From contig CAWFSF010000006.1 of assembly GCA_963818475.1 (NCBI GenBank), positions 320,001 to 384,000 of the forward strand: a stretch of DNA of 64,000 bases, written 5' to 3'. This DNA is from Nitrospirota bacterium. GTDB lineage: Bacteria > Nitrospirota > UBA9217. Shown piece by piece: positions 42,859 through 52,633 of the stretch (positions within the stretch are counted from its first letter, which is position 1; each line of letters opens with the position of its first letter). The notes under the pieces are model-generated. The model was not told the DNA's origin, did no database searches, and worked only from the letters and a program-made list of their open reading frames with translations. Made by a program: the position numbers and the translations under genes.

Positions 42859-42939
42859 TGTATTCCTCCTGTGATTATGTCCTTGATAATATAAAAAACA
42901 TGCTTCTCAAACTTGGTGCATTCCAGGGAGCACGCGGAA

Positions 42940-43680
42940 CTACATGTACATGCCGCCGTTCACATGGATGACCTGACCGGATATGTACGATGCCCAGGGT
43001 GATGCAAGGAACCTGACCGCATTTGCAACATCGGCGGGAGTGCCGAGCTTGCCCAGGGGGATCTGCTTCGCGAGCTCTGTTCTGACGGTCTCGGACAGGG
43101 CCTGCGTCATGGCCGTTTCGATGAAGCCGGGGGCCACGGCATTGGCGGTGATGCCGCGATTCGCATATTCCCGGGCGATGGTCTTGGTAAGGCCGATGAG
43201 ACCGGCCTTGGACGCCACATAGTTCGCCTGGCCAGCATTGCCCATGGCGCCCACGATCGAGGCGATGTTGATGATCGTACCCCCGCGCTGCTTGGTCATA
43301 TACTTGAGCGCTGACTTCGTGCACAGGAACGCGCCTTTTAGATTGATGCTGAGCACCAGGTCCCAGTCCTCGTCCTTCATCCGGAGGATAAGCCCGTCGC
43401 GGGTGATTCCGGCGTTGTTCACCAGGATATCGATCCTGCCGAATTTCTCGATGACCTGGTCGATCATGGCGGTCACGTCGGCCGACGCCGCCACGTTCGC
43501 TTTGAGGGCAAGCGATTTTCTGCCGAGCGCTTCAATATCCGCCGCGGTTTTCTGGGCTGCTTCGAGGTTCACATCGCAGATGGCGACGTCAGCACCGTCT
43601 GTTGCGAGCGCCAGTGCAATGTCCCGTCCGATGCCTTGTGCTGCGCCTGTGACCAGTGCTATTTTGCCGTTCAAGCTCAT
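42940..43680 (-). CDS. fabG: 3-oxoacyl-ACP reductase
   Basis: TGAAQGIG, NNAGITRD, YVASK. Confidence 0.96.
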   Translation of the reverse strand: MSLNGKIALVTGAAQGIGRDIALALATDGADVAICDVNLEAAQKTAADIEALGRKSLALKANVAASADVTAMIDQVIEKFGRIDILVNNAGITRDGLILRMKDEDWDLVLSINLKGAFLCTKSALKYMTKQRGGTIINIASIVGAMGNAGQANYVASKAGLIGLTKTIAREYANRGITANAVAPGFIETAMTQALSETVRTELAKQIPLGKLGTPADVANAVRFLASPWASYISGQVIHVNGGMYM

Positions 43681-43766
43681 GCGATCGCTCCTGCCGGATT
43701 GTGCGTGGTGTTCTGTCCCGTGTTATTTTTTCGAGCAGCTGCCGCGGTCGGGTGTCTGTCAGACTG

Positions 43767-44703
43767 CTATGAAACGCCGATGGCATGCAGCGCATCGTTC
43801 ATGCTCTTTTGGTCTTCTACGTTCAGGATCTTTGCTTCCTTGGCGATCCGCTTCACCAGTCCGGAAAGTACCCTGCCGGGGCCTACCTCGATGAAGGTGT
43901 CGACGCCGTCGGCTGTCATGCGGTTTGATCGAGTCTTCCCAGAAGAGCGGAGCGCTGATTTGTTTGATGAGCGAAGGTCTCAGGTCAGACGCTTTCTGTA
44001 TGTACCGCGCATCGGCATTATTTACGATCGGTATCGTGAGATCGCTGATGCTGATGTGCTCAAGTTCCTTTGCCAGCCGGTCGCCTGCCGCCTGCATCAT
44101 GGCGCAGTGTGATGGCACGCTTACCGCAAGCGGCACCACCTTTTTCGCCCCGCGGGCTTTGGCGAGTTCCATGGCCGCTTCCACGGCTTTTTTCTCGCCG
44201 GCGATCACGATCTGGCCCGGGGAGTTGTAATTTGCAGGGGCAACTATACCATTTTCGGAAGCGTCAAGGCAAGTTTTTTCTACGTCCTGCCGCTCCATGC
44301 CGAGAATGGCCGCCATGAGTCCGGCGCCTTCAGGAACGGCCTCCTGCATATAGCGGCCGCGCTTCTGCACGAGCGCAACGGCATCTTTGAGGGTCAGGCC
44401 TCCGGCACAGGTGATGGCCGTATACTCGCCGAGACTATGGCCTGCAGCAGCCACGGCAACAACTCCCCGGCGCTCGAGCGGCCTCAGCATGGCGATGCTC
44501 GACGCAAGGATGGCGGGCTGGGTATTTTCCGTCAGGTTCAGTTTCTCGACAGGGCCCTGGGTGCACAGGTGCGCAAGGTCGAAGCCAAGCACCGTGCTCG
44601 CGGCTTCGAAGACCTCGCGGGATTCCCCGAAGTTCTCATAGAATTCTTTGGCCATGCCCACGTACTGCGAACCCTGGCCGGGAAAGAGGAATGCGATTTT
44701 CAT
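43767..44703 (-). CDS. fabD: Malonyl-CoA:ACP transacylase (frameshift near 43925)
   Basis: FPGQGSQ, GHSLGEY; C-terminus EVGPGRVLSGL in another frame. Confidence 0.94.
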
Positions 44704-44799
44704 AGGTATGACAGCCCACCCTTTTTGACAGGATAGCAGGATGTTTTCAGCGGAGGTTTTCTCTATCGCGACGATCCTGGTATTGCTGTGCCGATTCTT

Positions 44800-45993
44800 T
44801 TAGCCCTGTAGTTCCTTGAATTTTTTGATCATGACCGGCAGAACCTCGAGCACATCACCCACGATGCCGTAGGTGGCAACGCTGAAGATGGGCGCATCGG
44901 GGTCCTTGTTGATCGCGACGATGACATCGGACGACTGCATGCCTGCCACGTGCTGGATGGCACCGGATATGCCGCACGCGATATAGAGTTTGGGGCAAAC
45001 GGTCTTGCCGGTCTGGCCTACCTGGTGCGAGTAGGGGATCCAGCCCTCATCCACTGCGCCGCGCGTTGCAGCAACGGCTCCGCCCAGGACCTTGGCAAGT
45101 TCTTCGAGGAGGTGAAAGTTCTTGATGCCGCCCATGCCGCGGCCGCCGGCCACAATAATGTTCGCTTCGCAGATGTTCACGGTCTCGCCCAGCTCTTCCA
45201 CGGTCTTTATGACCCTGGTGCGGACATCACCGGCCTGCGTGAACTTCACCTCGATGATGTCGCCGGTGCGGGCATCATCGCGCGGAGCCGGCTTCATGAC
45301 CTTGTGCCTGACCGTCGCCATCTGCGGCCGGTGGTTGGGGGAAACGATGGTGGCCATGATGTTGCCGCCGAAGGCAGGCCGGGTCTGGTGCAGGTTGCCG
45401 GTCTCGGGGTCGATATCGAGCATGGTGCAGTCTGCCGTAAGTCCGGTGTAGAGCTTTGCCGCTACCTTGGGAATGAACGAACGGCCGATCGCCGTTGCTC
45501 CGGCGAGAATGATCTCCGGTTTGTGGAGCGTTGCGAGGGTGGTGAGCACGGCGCTGTAGGAATCGTCGTTAAAGTCCTTGAGGGCGGGATCATCGGCCAG
45601 GTAGACGACGTCGGCCCCGTACGCGATAAGGTCTTTGGCCTTCTCCTTGATGCCGTGGCCGATGAATACGGCTGAAAGTTTTGCCTGACGCTTATCAGCC
45701 AGCTTTCTTCCCTCTCCGAGCAGCTCAAGCGCTACGCTTGAGATGCTTCCCTTGTGCTGCTCAGCAAAGACCCAGACGCCTTTGAACGCTGAAAGGTCCT
45801 TTGCTGCAGCAACTGCCTCTTCGCCGGTCCGTTCTATGGCCTTGAATTCGCAGGCCTCGATGCACGCGCCGCAGAGGGTGCAGCTTTCCGTGATAAAGGC
45901 CTTGCCGCTGCGCATCTCAATGGCGCCAAAGGGGCAGACGGAGACACAGGTCTCGCAGCCGGTGCAGGTGTTTGATATGACTTGAACGCTCAC
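44800..45993 (-). CDS. etfA: Electron transfer flavoprotein alpha with N-terminal 2[4Fe-4S] ferredoxin domain
   Basis: [12 protein letters not shown] and [11 protein letters not shown]; TRPAFGGN; QVGQTGK; GISGAIQH. Confidence 0.94.
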   Translation of the reverse strand: MSVQVISNTCTGCETCVSVCPFGAIEMRSGKAFITESCTLCGACIEACEFKAIERTGEEAVAAAKDLSAFKGVWVFAEQHKGSISSVALELLGEGRKLADKRQAKLSAVFIGHGIKEKAKDLIAYGADVVYLADDPALKDFNDDSYSAVLTTLATLHKPEIILAGATAIGRSFIPKVAAKLYTGLTADCTMLDIDPETGNLHQTRPAFGGNIMATIVSPNHRPQMATVRHKVMKPAPRDDARTGDIIEVKFTQAGDVRTRVIKTVEELGETVNICEANIIVAGGRGMGGIKNFHLLEELAKVLGGAVAATRGAVDEGWIPYSHQVGQTGKTVCPKLYIACGISGAIQHVAGMQSSDVIVAINKDPDAPIFSVATYGIVGDVLEVLPVMIKKFKELQG

Positions 45994-46082
45994 AGGAAGC
46001 TCCTTGTTAATAATGATGCAGGATTCATGATGCATGTCTCGTCGTGAAATATCCTGGATCTTGCATCCTGAATCATGCGTCG

Positions 46083-46868
46083 TTAAATCAACGACTGTTC
46101 TTTCAACTTTTTCACGACCTGCTCCACCTGCTGTTCGATCGTCCCGGACAAAATCTCCCGCTGACCGCGGGGGGCGGGCGGGAATATCCGAACGACCTTC
46201 GTGGGCGAACCCTTGAGGCCGAGCATGTTCTCGTCAGCGCCGATATCCTTGGCCGTCATCGTCGTGACCTTGAGGCTTTTGGCCTTCATTTTGCCCTTCA
46301 GCGACGGCAGCCGAGGCTGGTTGATCTCCTTGACCACGGTTATCAGTGCCGGGAGAGAGGACTCCACCACATCGTATCCGTCGTCCATCATGCGCTCGAC
46401 GGTCATTTTACCGTCGGCTATGGCCGTTATTTTCTTGATGTAGGCGATGAAGGGAATGCCGAGCATGTCCGCGGTCTCGGGGCCGACCTGGGCCGTGTCG
46501 CCGTCGATCGCCTGTTTTCCCGCGATAACGAGGTCGTAGCAGCCGATCTTCTTTATTCCCTGGGCAAGGGTGTAGGATGTGGCCCACGTGTCGGCTCCGG
46601 CAAAAGCCCGGTCCGAAAACAGAACGACATCGTCAACGCCCATGGCCACGGCCTCTTTAAGCGCATCGGCGGCCTGCGGCGGTCCCATGGTCACGGCCGT
46701 CACCTTGCCGCCGTGCTGTTCGCGCAAACGAAGCGCCTCTTCAATGGCGAACATATCAAAGGGGTTGATGATGCTCGGGACACCGTCACGGATGAGCGTG
46801 TTCGTTTCCCGGTTGATCTTCACTTCTGACGTGTCCGGAACCTGTTTGACCAGAACGATGATATTCAT
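46083..46868 (-). CDS. etfB: Electron transfer flavoprotein beta
   Basis: KQVPD, INPFD, GADTWATS, GKQAIDGDTAQVGP, GSPT. Confidence 0.95.
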   Translation of the reverse strand: MNIIVLVKQVPDTSEVKINRETNTLIRDGVPSIINPFDMFAIEEALRLREQHGGKVTAVTMGPPQAADALKEAVAMGVDDVVLFSDRAFAGADTWATSYTLAQGIKKIGCYDLVIAGKQAIDGDTAQVGPETADMLGIPFIAYIKKITAIADGKMTVERMMDDGYDVVESSLPALITVVKEINQPRLPSLKGKMKAKSLKVTTMTAKDIGADENMLGLKGSPTKVVRIFPPAPRGQREILSGTIEQQVEQVVKKLKEQSLI

Positions 46869-47012
46869 CTGCATCTCCAAAATTCCAAATAACAAATCAC
46901 AAATTTCAAATAAACTCCAGATCTCAATTACCCAAATTCGAAACGTTTTATACTTGTTATTTCGATATTGGAATTTATTTGCGATTTGGTGCTTGTGATT
47001 TTGAGCTTGTTT

Positions 47013-48170
47013 TTACTTCTGCCTCGTGGCTTCCTTGATCATATCGAGGGCGATGACATTGCGCTGGATCTGGTTCGTTCCCTCATAGATCTGGAGGATC
47101 TTGGCATCGCGCATCATCTTTTCGACAGGGTACTCTTTCATATAGCCCGAACCGCCCATGATCTGGACAGCGTCGGTTGTGACCTTCATGCCCGTGTCGG
47201 TGGCGAAGAGCTTTGCCATGGCGGAAGCGCGGGAAAAGTCCTTGGCTCCGCTGTCCATCATGCGGGCAACTGCGTAGACCAGCGCTCGTGCAGCCTCGGT
47301 CTGGGTCTGCATATCCGCGAGCATGTGCTGTATGGCCTGGAAGGAGGTGATGGGCTGGCCGAACTGGACCCTGCTTTTTGCAAACTTGATGCACTCGTCG
47401 ATGGCGCCCTGGGCCACGCCCACGCCCTGGGCTCCCACGCCCGCACGGGAGCAGTCGAGGGTCTTCATGGCCACGATAAAGCCCATGCCTTCCCTGGCGA
47501 TCAGGTTTTCCTTGGGGATGCGGCAGTTGTTGAAGATGAGCTCGGTCGTTGATGATGCGCGGATGCCCATCTTGTTCTCTTTTTTGCCGAAGGTGAATCC
47601 GGGCGTGCCTTTTTCCACGATAAAGCACGAGGCGCCGCGGGCGCCCTTGGACTTGTCGGTGATGGCGATGACCGTGTATATCTGTGCCTCGCCGCCGTTC
47701 GTGATCCACTGTTTCGTGCCGTTCAGGACATATTCATTTCCTTCGAGCTTAGCCGTGGTCTGTACGCCGCCGGCATCGCTGCCCGCGTTCGCTTCGGTCA
47801 GGCCGAATGCCGCGAGGTTCTTTCCTGATGCGATGTCGGGCAGATACTTCTTCTTCTGTGCGTCGGAACCGTGGAGCAGAATGGGGTACGTGCCGAGCGC
47901 GTTGGCCGCATAGCTGGTGGAAACTCCGACGCAGGCCTTCGATATCTCCTCGATGGCGATATAGAGATCGAGGCTCTTTTTGCCGAGGCCGCCGTATTCT
48001 TCGGGAATATAAATACCGAAGAGGTCCGCCTGGGCCATTGCCTTCATGATATCCGTCGGGAACTTGTTCTGTTCATCCAACTCTGCCCGCACCGGCACGA
48101 TCTTCTCTACCGCGATCTGTCGTGCGAGATCGCGTATCATGATCTGATCCTCTGTCAACAAATAGTCCAT
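47013..48170 (-). CDS. Short-chain (Bcd-like) acyl-CoA dehydrogenase family protein
   Basis: FGLTEANAGSD, LNGTKQWITNG, KMGIRAS, IYEGTNQIQR. Confidence 0.94.
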   Translation of the reverse strand: MDYLLTEDQIMIRDLARQIAVEKIVPVRAELDEQNKFPTDIMKAMAQADLFGIYIPEEYGGLGKKSLDLYIAIEEISKACVGVSTSYAANALGTYPILLHGSDAQKKKYLPDIASGKNLAAFGLTEANAGSDAGGVQTTAKLEGNEYVLNGTKQWITNGGEAQIYTVIAITDKSKGARGASCFIVEKGTPGFTFGKKENKMGIRASSTTELIFNNCRIPKENLIAREGMGFIVAMKTLDCSRAGVGAQGVGVAQGAIDECIKFAKSRVQFGQPITSFQAIQHMLADMQTQTEAARALVYAVARMMDSGAKDFSRASAMAKLFATDTGMKVTTDAVQIMGGSGYMKEYPVEKMMRDAKILQIYEGTNQIQRNVIALDMIKEATRQK

Positions 48171-48243
48171 TACATCCTCCGGATTGCAGTAAATTTTTAT
48201 ATAATATATGAACCCAGATAAATTCTATAAAAAAGGCCCATCC

Positions 48244-49224
48244 CTACCACCGAACGAGCGCCGAGGCCCAGGTCAGGCCGCCGCCGAAAGCCTCGAACAG
48301 GATGAGGTGATTGTCCTTGATCCTGCCGTCGCGGACCGCTTCGTCCAGCGCCATAGGGATCGAGGCCGCCGAGGTATTTCCATACTTGGGAAGAGTGAGC
48401 ACGACCTTTTCCATGGGCATGTTCAGGCGCTGCGCCATGGCCTGGATGATCCGCAGATTTGCCTGGTGTGGAACGAGAAAATCGATCTCCTCCGGTTTTA
48501 CCTTGTTGTGCTCAAGCGCCTCTTGGGCGACGCCTTCGAGCGCCCGGACCGCAGCCTTGAAGGTTTCATTGCCTTTCATCCGGATGAAGTGCATCCGCCT
48601 GCGGATCGTATCGTGGGACGGCGGGTGCGAGGCGCCGCCTGCCGGAACATAGAGCAGGTCCCCGAAGGCGCCGTCGGAATGCAGATGCGTAGAAAGGATC
48701 CCGCGCTTGCCCGCATGCCGCTGGATCACGACCGCTCCTGCCCCGTCTCCGAAGAGGATGCAGGTCGTGCGGTCCTCCCAGTCGGTGAACCGCGACAGGA
48801 CCTCGGCCCCTACGAGGAGGATGTTCTTGTAAGCACCGGACTTAATGAACGCATCGGCCATGGACATTCCGAAGATGAACCCTGAACAGGCGGCAGCGAT
48901 ATCAAAGGCCGCTGCATTCTTCGCCCCGAGCTTTTCCTGCAGCACGCATCCCATGCTCGGCAGGATGGTATCGGGCGTCATCGTGGCAACCAGAATGAGG
49001 TCCAGGTCCTGGGCTCCGATCCCCGCGGCTTTCAGCGCTTTTTTGCCTGCTTCATAGGCAAGGTCGGACGTGGTCTGGCCCTTTTCCGCTATCCGGCGTT
49101 CCTTGATACCAGTGCGCTCAGTGATCCAGGCGTCGCTCGTATCGACGAGTTTTTCCAGGTCCTGGTTGGTGATGATCTTTTTCGGGGCGAACGAGCCCGT
49201 TCCTGTTATCCGCGCGTGGATCAT
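48244..49224 (-). CDS. fabH: 3-oxoacyl-ACP synthase III
   Basis: AACSGF, PHQAN, GNTSAAS. Confidence 0.96.
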   Translation of the reverse strand: MIHARITGTGSFAPKKIITNQDLEKLVDTSDAWITERTGIKERRIAEKGQTTSDLAYEAGKKALKAAGIGAQDLDLILVATMTPDTILPSMGCVLQEKLGAKNAAAFDIAAACSGFIFGMSMADAFIKSGAYKNILLVGAEVLSRFTDWEDRTTCILFGDGAGAVVIQRHAGKRGILSTHLHSDGAFGDLLYVPAGGASHPPSHDTIRRRMHFIRMKGNETFKAAVRALEGVAQEALEHNKVKPEEIDFLVPHQANLRIIQAMAQRLNMPMEKVVLTLPKYGNTSAASIPMALDEAVRDGRIKDNHLILFEAFGGGLTWASALVRW

Positions 49225-50234
49225 TTTGCTTTCGCAAGCTCCATATTCTTTTCGATGTCCTCGTGGATATGCTTGTTGACCTCGCTCTTTGCAAGCTCCG
49301 CGGCAACGCGGACGGCATTCTTGATCGCCCGGTCAGAGGACCGGCCGTGGCTGATGATGCTGATGCCATTGATGCCGATGAGGGGCGCGCCGCCGTATTC
49401 AGCGTAGTCAATGCGCCGTTTGAGCGACCGGAAGGCCGGCCGCATCATGAAATAGCCGAGCTTTCGGATCAGGTTGTCGCCGATATTCTCGCGGATGATG
49501 AGCCCGATGGTCTCGGCAACGGCTTCGGAGATCTTGAGCACCACATTACCGATAAAGCCGTCACAGACCACGACATCGGCATTGCCGCTCATGACGTCGC
49601 GGCCCTCCACATTGCCGATGAAGTTGAGCGACGTTTCCGTCAGAAGTTTGAACGCTTCCTTCGTCAGTTCATTTCCCTTGGTCGCTTCTTCACCGATGGA
49701 AAGGAGGCCCACCCTGGGGTTCATGTTCTTCAGAAGGTATTTCGAGTAGACCTCGCCCATGATGGCGAACTGCAGGAGGTGGTTCGGCTTGCAGTCCACA
49801 TTCGCGCCGACATCCAGAATGATGCACGTGCCTTTCATGGTCGGCATGATCGTGGCGATAGCCGGCCGCTCGATCCCCTCAAGCTTGCCAAGGACGAAGA
49901 GCGAGGTGGCCATGGCCGCTCCGGTATGCCCTGCACTGATCACCGCGACCGCTTCACCGCTCTTGACGAGTTCATTGGCGACACGGATCGAGGAGTCTTT
50001 TTTCCTGCGGAAGACCGTGGCGGGAGAATCGAGCATATCCACCACCTCGGTTGCATTCCGTATCTCCAGGGGAAGCGCCTTTGTGTTATGGTGTTTGTTG
50101 AGCTCTTCCTGGATTGCCTGCTCGATCCCCACAAGGATGATGCCGACGCCGAATTCCTTTGCCGCCTGGACTGCACCGGCAACAACGGCATGGGGCGCAT
50201 TATCCCCGCCCATAGCATCAACAGCGATCTTCAT
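49221..50234 (-). CDS. plsX: Phosphate acyltransferase
   Basis: AVDAMGGD, DVGAN, CDGFIGN. Confidence 0.96.
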   Translation of the reverse strand: MKIAVDAMGGDNAPHAVVAGAVQAAKEFGVGIILVGIEQAIQEELNKHHNTKALPLEIRNATEVVDMLDSPATVFRRKKDSSIRVANELVKSGEAVAVISAGHTGAAMATSLFVLGKLEGIERPAIATIMPTMKGTCIILDVGANVDCKPNHLLQFAIMGEVYSKYLLKNMNPRVGLLSIGEEATKGNELTKEAFKLLTETSLNFIGNVEGRDVMSGNADVVVCDGFIGNVVLKISEAVAETIGLIIRENIGDNLIRKLGYFMMRPAFRSLKRRIDYAEYGGAPLIGINGISIISHGRSSDRAIKNAVRVAAELAKSEVNKHIHEDIEKNMELAKAK

Positions 50235-50313
50235 ACGGACTCCCTACAATATAAAAGGCAAAGAGTTATACCGAGAACACAGTATCATCCCTTTGCCTTT
50301 GAGCGCACGAACG

Positions 50314-50496
50314 TTATATCTGCTGGACGGTGATGACTTCGCGGCCATTGTAGGTACCGCAGGAGATGCAGGCGTGGTGAGGTTTTTTGACCTCCTGGCA
50401 CTGCGGGCAGATCCCGACGCTGGGGGCTTTCAGGTGCTTATGGGTGCGCCTTTTGTCTCTGCGTGACTTGGATGTTTTGTGTTTTGGATTAGCCAT
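50314..50496 (-). CDS. rpmF: 50S ribosomal protein L32
   Basis: MANPKHKTSKSRRDKRRTH, zinc ribbon. Confidence 0.96.
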   Translation of the reverse strand: MANPKHKTSKSRRDKRRTHKHLKAPSVGICPQCQEVKKPHHACISCGTYNGREVITVQQI

Positions 50497-50514
50497 GTTT
50501 CTATCGTGCTCCTT

Positions 50515-51030
50515 CTATTTTTTGAATATGTCCTTTAGTACGGAAAAGGCTCCGAATGTTCCTTGATCATCACGCTTGCAGTTACACTCCGCTTCATTGA
50601 GGTCCTTGCCGCAGAGGGGGCAGAGACCTTTGCAATTCGCATCATGAAGCGGCACCATGGGAACGGCGATGAGCAGCTGTTCCTTGATAATGGCAACGGG
50701 CTCGATCTCCTCGCCCTGATAAAATTCCGTATCAAGCTCGGACCGGTCGAGCTCATGTTCAGCCCCGGTCTTCACGGTACTTGCCGGCGCCAGTTCAACG
50801 CTTACGTCTGCATCGATCCTGTACGGAAAGGATTTCAGGCAGCGGCTGCATTCGAGCAGGGGTTCAGCTTGCAGCCGGCCAGCAACATGAAGCAGTCCCG
50901 CTCCCGACGGCTTGAAGTTCAGCACCGCCGTAAAAGCCGTTGATGCTGTCCCTTGGTCGAACAGATCGAGCTTGTGGGCAAGCTCCAGGGTAAGCCCCTC
51001 TGGCGGTATGTCGTTGATCTTAATAGCCAT
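50515..51030 (-). CDS. yceD: DUF177/YceD protein
   Basis: CSRCL, CKGLCPLCG; upstream of rpmF. Confidence 0.9.
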   Translation of the reverse strand: MAIKINDIPPEGLTLELAHKLDLFDQGTASTAFTAVLNFKPSGAGLLHVAGRLQAEPLLECSRCLKSFPYRIDADVSVELAPASTVKTGAEHELDRSELDTEFYQGEEIEPVAIIKEQLLIAVPMVPLHDANCKGLCPLCGKDLNEAECNCKRDDQGTFGAFSVLKDIFKK

Positions 51031-51060
51031 TTTAACTGCTCCAGGGGCTGTAAGTCTCGA

Positions 51061-51089
51061 ATTATATAGAGAACATCCCGTTTTGTCAA
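51061..51089 (-). promoter_or_regulatory. Perfect consensus sigma70 promoter of the yceD-rpmF-plsX-fab operon
   Basis: TTGACA-17-TATAAT on minus strand. Confidence 0.85.
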
Positions 51090-51171
51090 GAAAAAAGACT
51101 TTTTATCAGAAGGGCCCAACCGGGTCCGCTTTTGCGCCTCGTTCGTGTTCCATTGCCGGACCGAGGGAATT

Positions 51172-52413
51172 TCATTGGGTATGTATCACGGCTTCATTGG
51201 GGCCGCCGCCCTTGACCCTGCTGAGAAGAACCAGGCCGATGACGAAAAAGGCTGCAATGGAGAGGATGGCCGGACGCTGGCTTTTGAAGGTTGCTGAGAT
51301 CATACCGAAGACAAGCGGCCCGGCGATGGCCGAGGATTTTCCGACAAGAGCGTAGACCCCGAAGTACTCCGCTTCCCGGCCGCTGGGGACGAACTGGGTG
51401 AAGAACGCGCGCGTACCGGCCTGCACACTGCCGAGGCCAAGGCCTGCAGTGCAGGCGAGCATCCAGAATTGGGGCTTGGCCTGGACGAAGAAGGCAGCTA
51501 CGGCAACCACTGTCCAGAGGAGCAGGGAAAGGAGAACCACTTTTTTAGGCCCCCAGGTATCGGTGGGCCTTGAAAGGAAAAATGCGCCAGCCAATGCTGT
51601 CACCTGGACCGCAAGATAGAGCCCGATCAGTTCGCCCTGGTTGAAACCGAAGGTCGTGGCCGCAAGGCTGCTTGAAAAAATGATTACCGTATTGACCCCA
51701 TCCTCATAGATGAGGTAGGCAAGCAGAAATTTTCGTGCTTCACGCTGCTGCAGGATCTCCTTCAGGGTTGCCACGGCACGCTGGAAACCTCTGATGCTGG
51801 CCTGGAAAGGCGAGACCACGACGGTCGCATCACGGGGCAGGAACAATAATGCCGGCAACGAGAAGACCGCAAAGAAAAGGGCGACCATGGGCCAGATAAG
51901 GTAGAGATGGCCGGTCTTTGCCAGCGGCAGGGCAATGAGCAGGGAAAGGATGGAGCCTGCATACCCGACACCGAAGCCCCACCCCGAGACCCTGCCTTGG
52001 TACTCCTTCGGCGCGATCTGGGGAAGAAAGGAGTTGTAAAAGACGAGCCCGCCTTCCATGCCGATGTTGGCCAGGACGATGAGAAAAAAACCGAGCAGAG
52101 CTGCGCCGGGGGTGATCAGGGAGAATCCCGCCACGGCAATGATGCAGGTGAAAGTGTACACGGCGAGGAGCCGCTTCCTGCGGCCGGCATAGTCTGCAAT
52201 GCCGCCGAGAAAGGGTGAGGTGAGGGAAACGATCAGCATGCTGAGGGAGATTGCCCGTCCCCACCAGAGGTCTCCCTGGCCGGCCGTGTTCCCGACAATG
52301 ACATTGATATAGTAGACCTGGAAGATGACCGCAGCGATCACGGCAGAGTAGCTTGAGTTGGCAAAATCGAAAAGGCACCAGCTGATGATCTGTTTTTTGT
52401 TCATGATGGCCAT
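51172..52413 (-). CDS. MFS transporter (UMF1/ATG22-like)
   Basis: SWCLFDFANS, FYNSFLP, ~12 TM segments. Confidence 0.88.
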   Translation of the reverse strand: MAIMNKKQIISWCLFDFANSSYSAVIAAVIFQVYYINVIVGNTAGQGDLWWGRAISLSMLIVSLTSPFLGGIADYAGRRKRLLAVYTFTCIIAVAGFSLITPGAALLGFFLIVLANIGMEGGLVFYNSFLPQIAPKEYQGRVSGWGFGVGYAGSILSLLIALPLAKTGHLYLIWPMVALFFAVFSLPALLFLPRDATVVVSPFQASIRGFQRAVATLKEILQQREARKFLLAYLIYEDGVNTVIIFSSSLAATTFGFNQGELIGLYLAVQVTALAGAFFLSRPTDTWGPKKVVLLSLLLWTVVAVAAFFVQAKPQFWMLACTAGLGLGSVQAGTRAFFTQFVPSGREAEYFGVYALVGKSSAIAGPLVFGMISATFKSQRPAILSIAAFFVIGLVLLSRVKGGGPNEAVIHTQ

Positions 52414-52633
52414 GGTATACCAATCGCTCCCGAAGTGCAAGGGGACGGCCTGACAGGCGCTGCGCGAGATAATCCCGCTCGGCAAAGACCTGTATTTGTT
52501 AACTTCAACAGCGATTTTATCACCAAATCACCTGGCAATATGGAGTCTTGCGTCCATGCTGAAACAGTCTGCTCTGCCTGCCCTCTTCCTCGTCCTGCCC
52601 GGTTTTGGAGCGCGCCATGCATCCGCAAGTATG

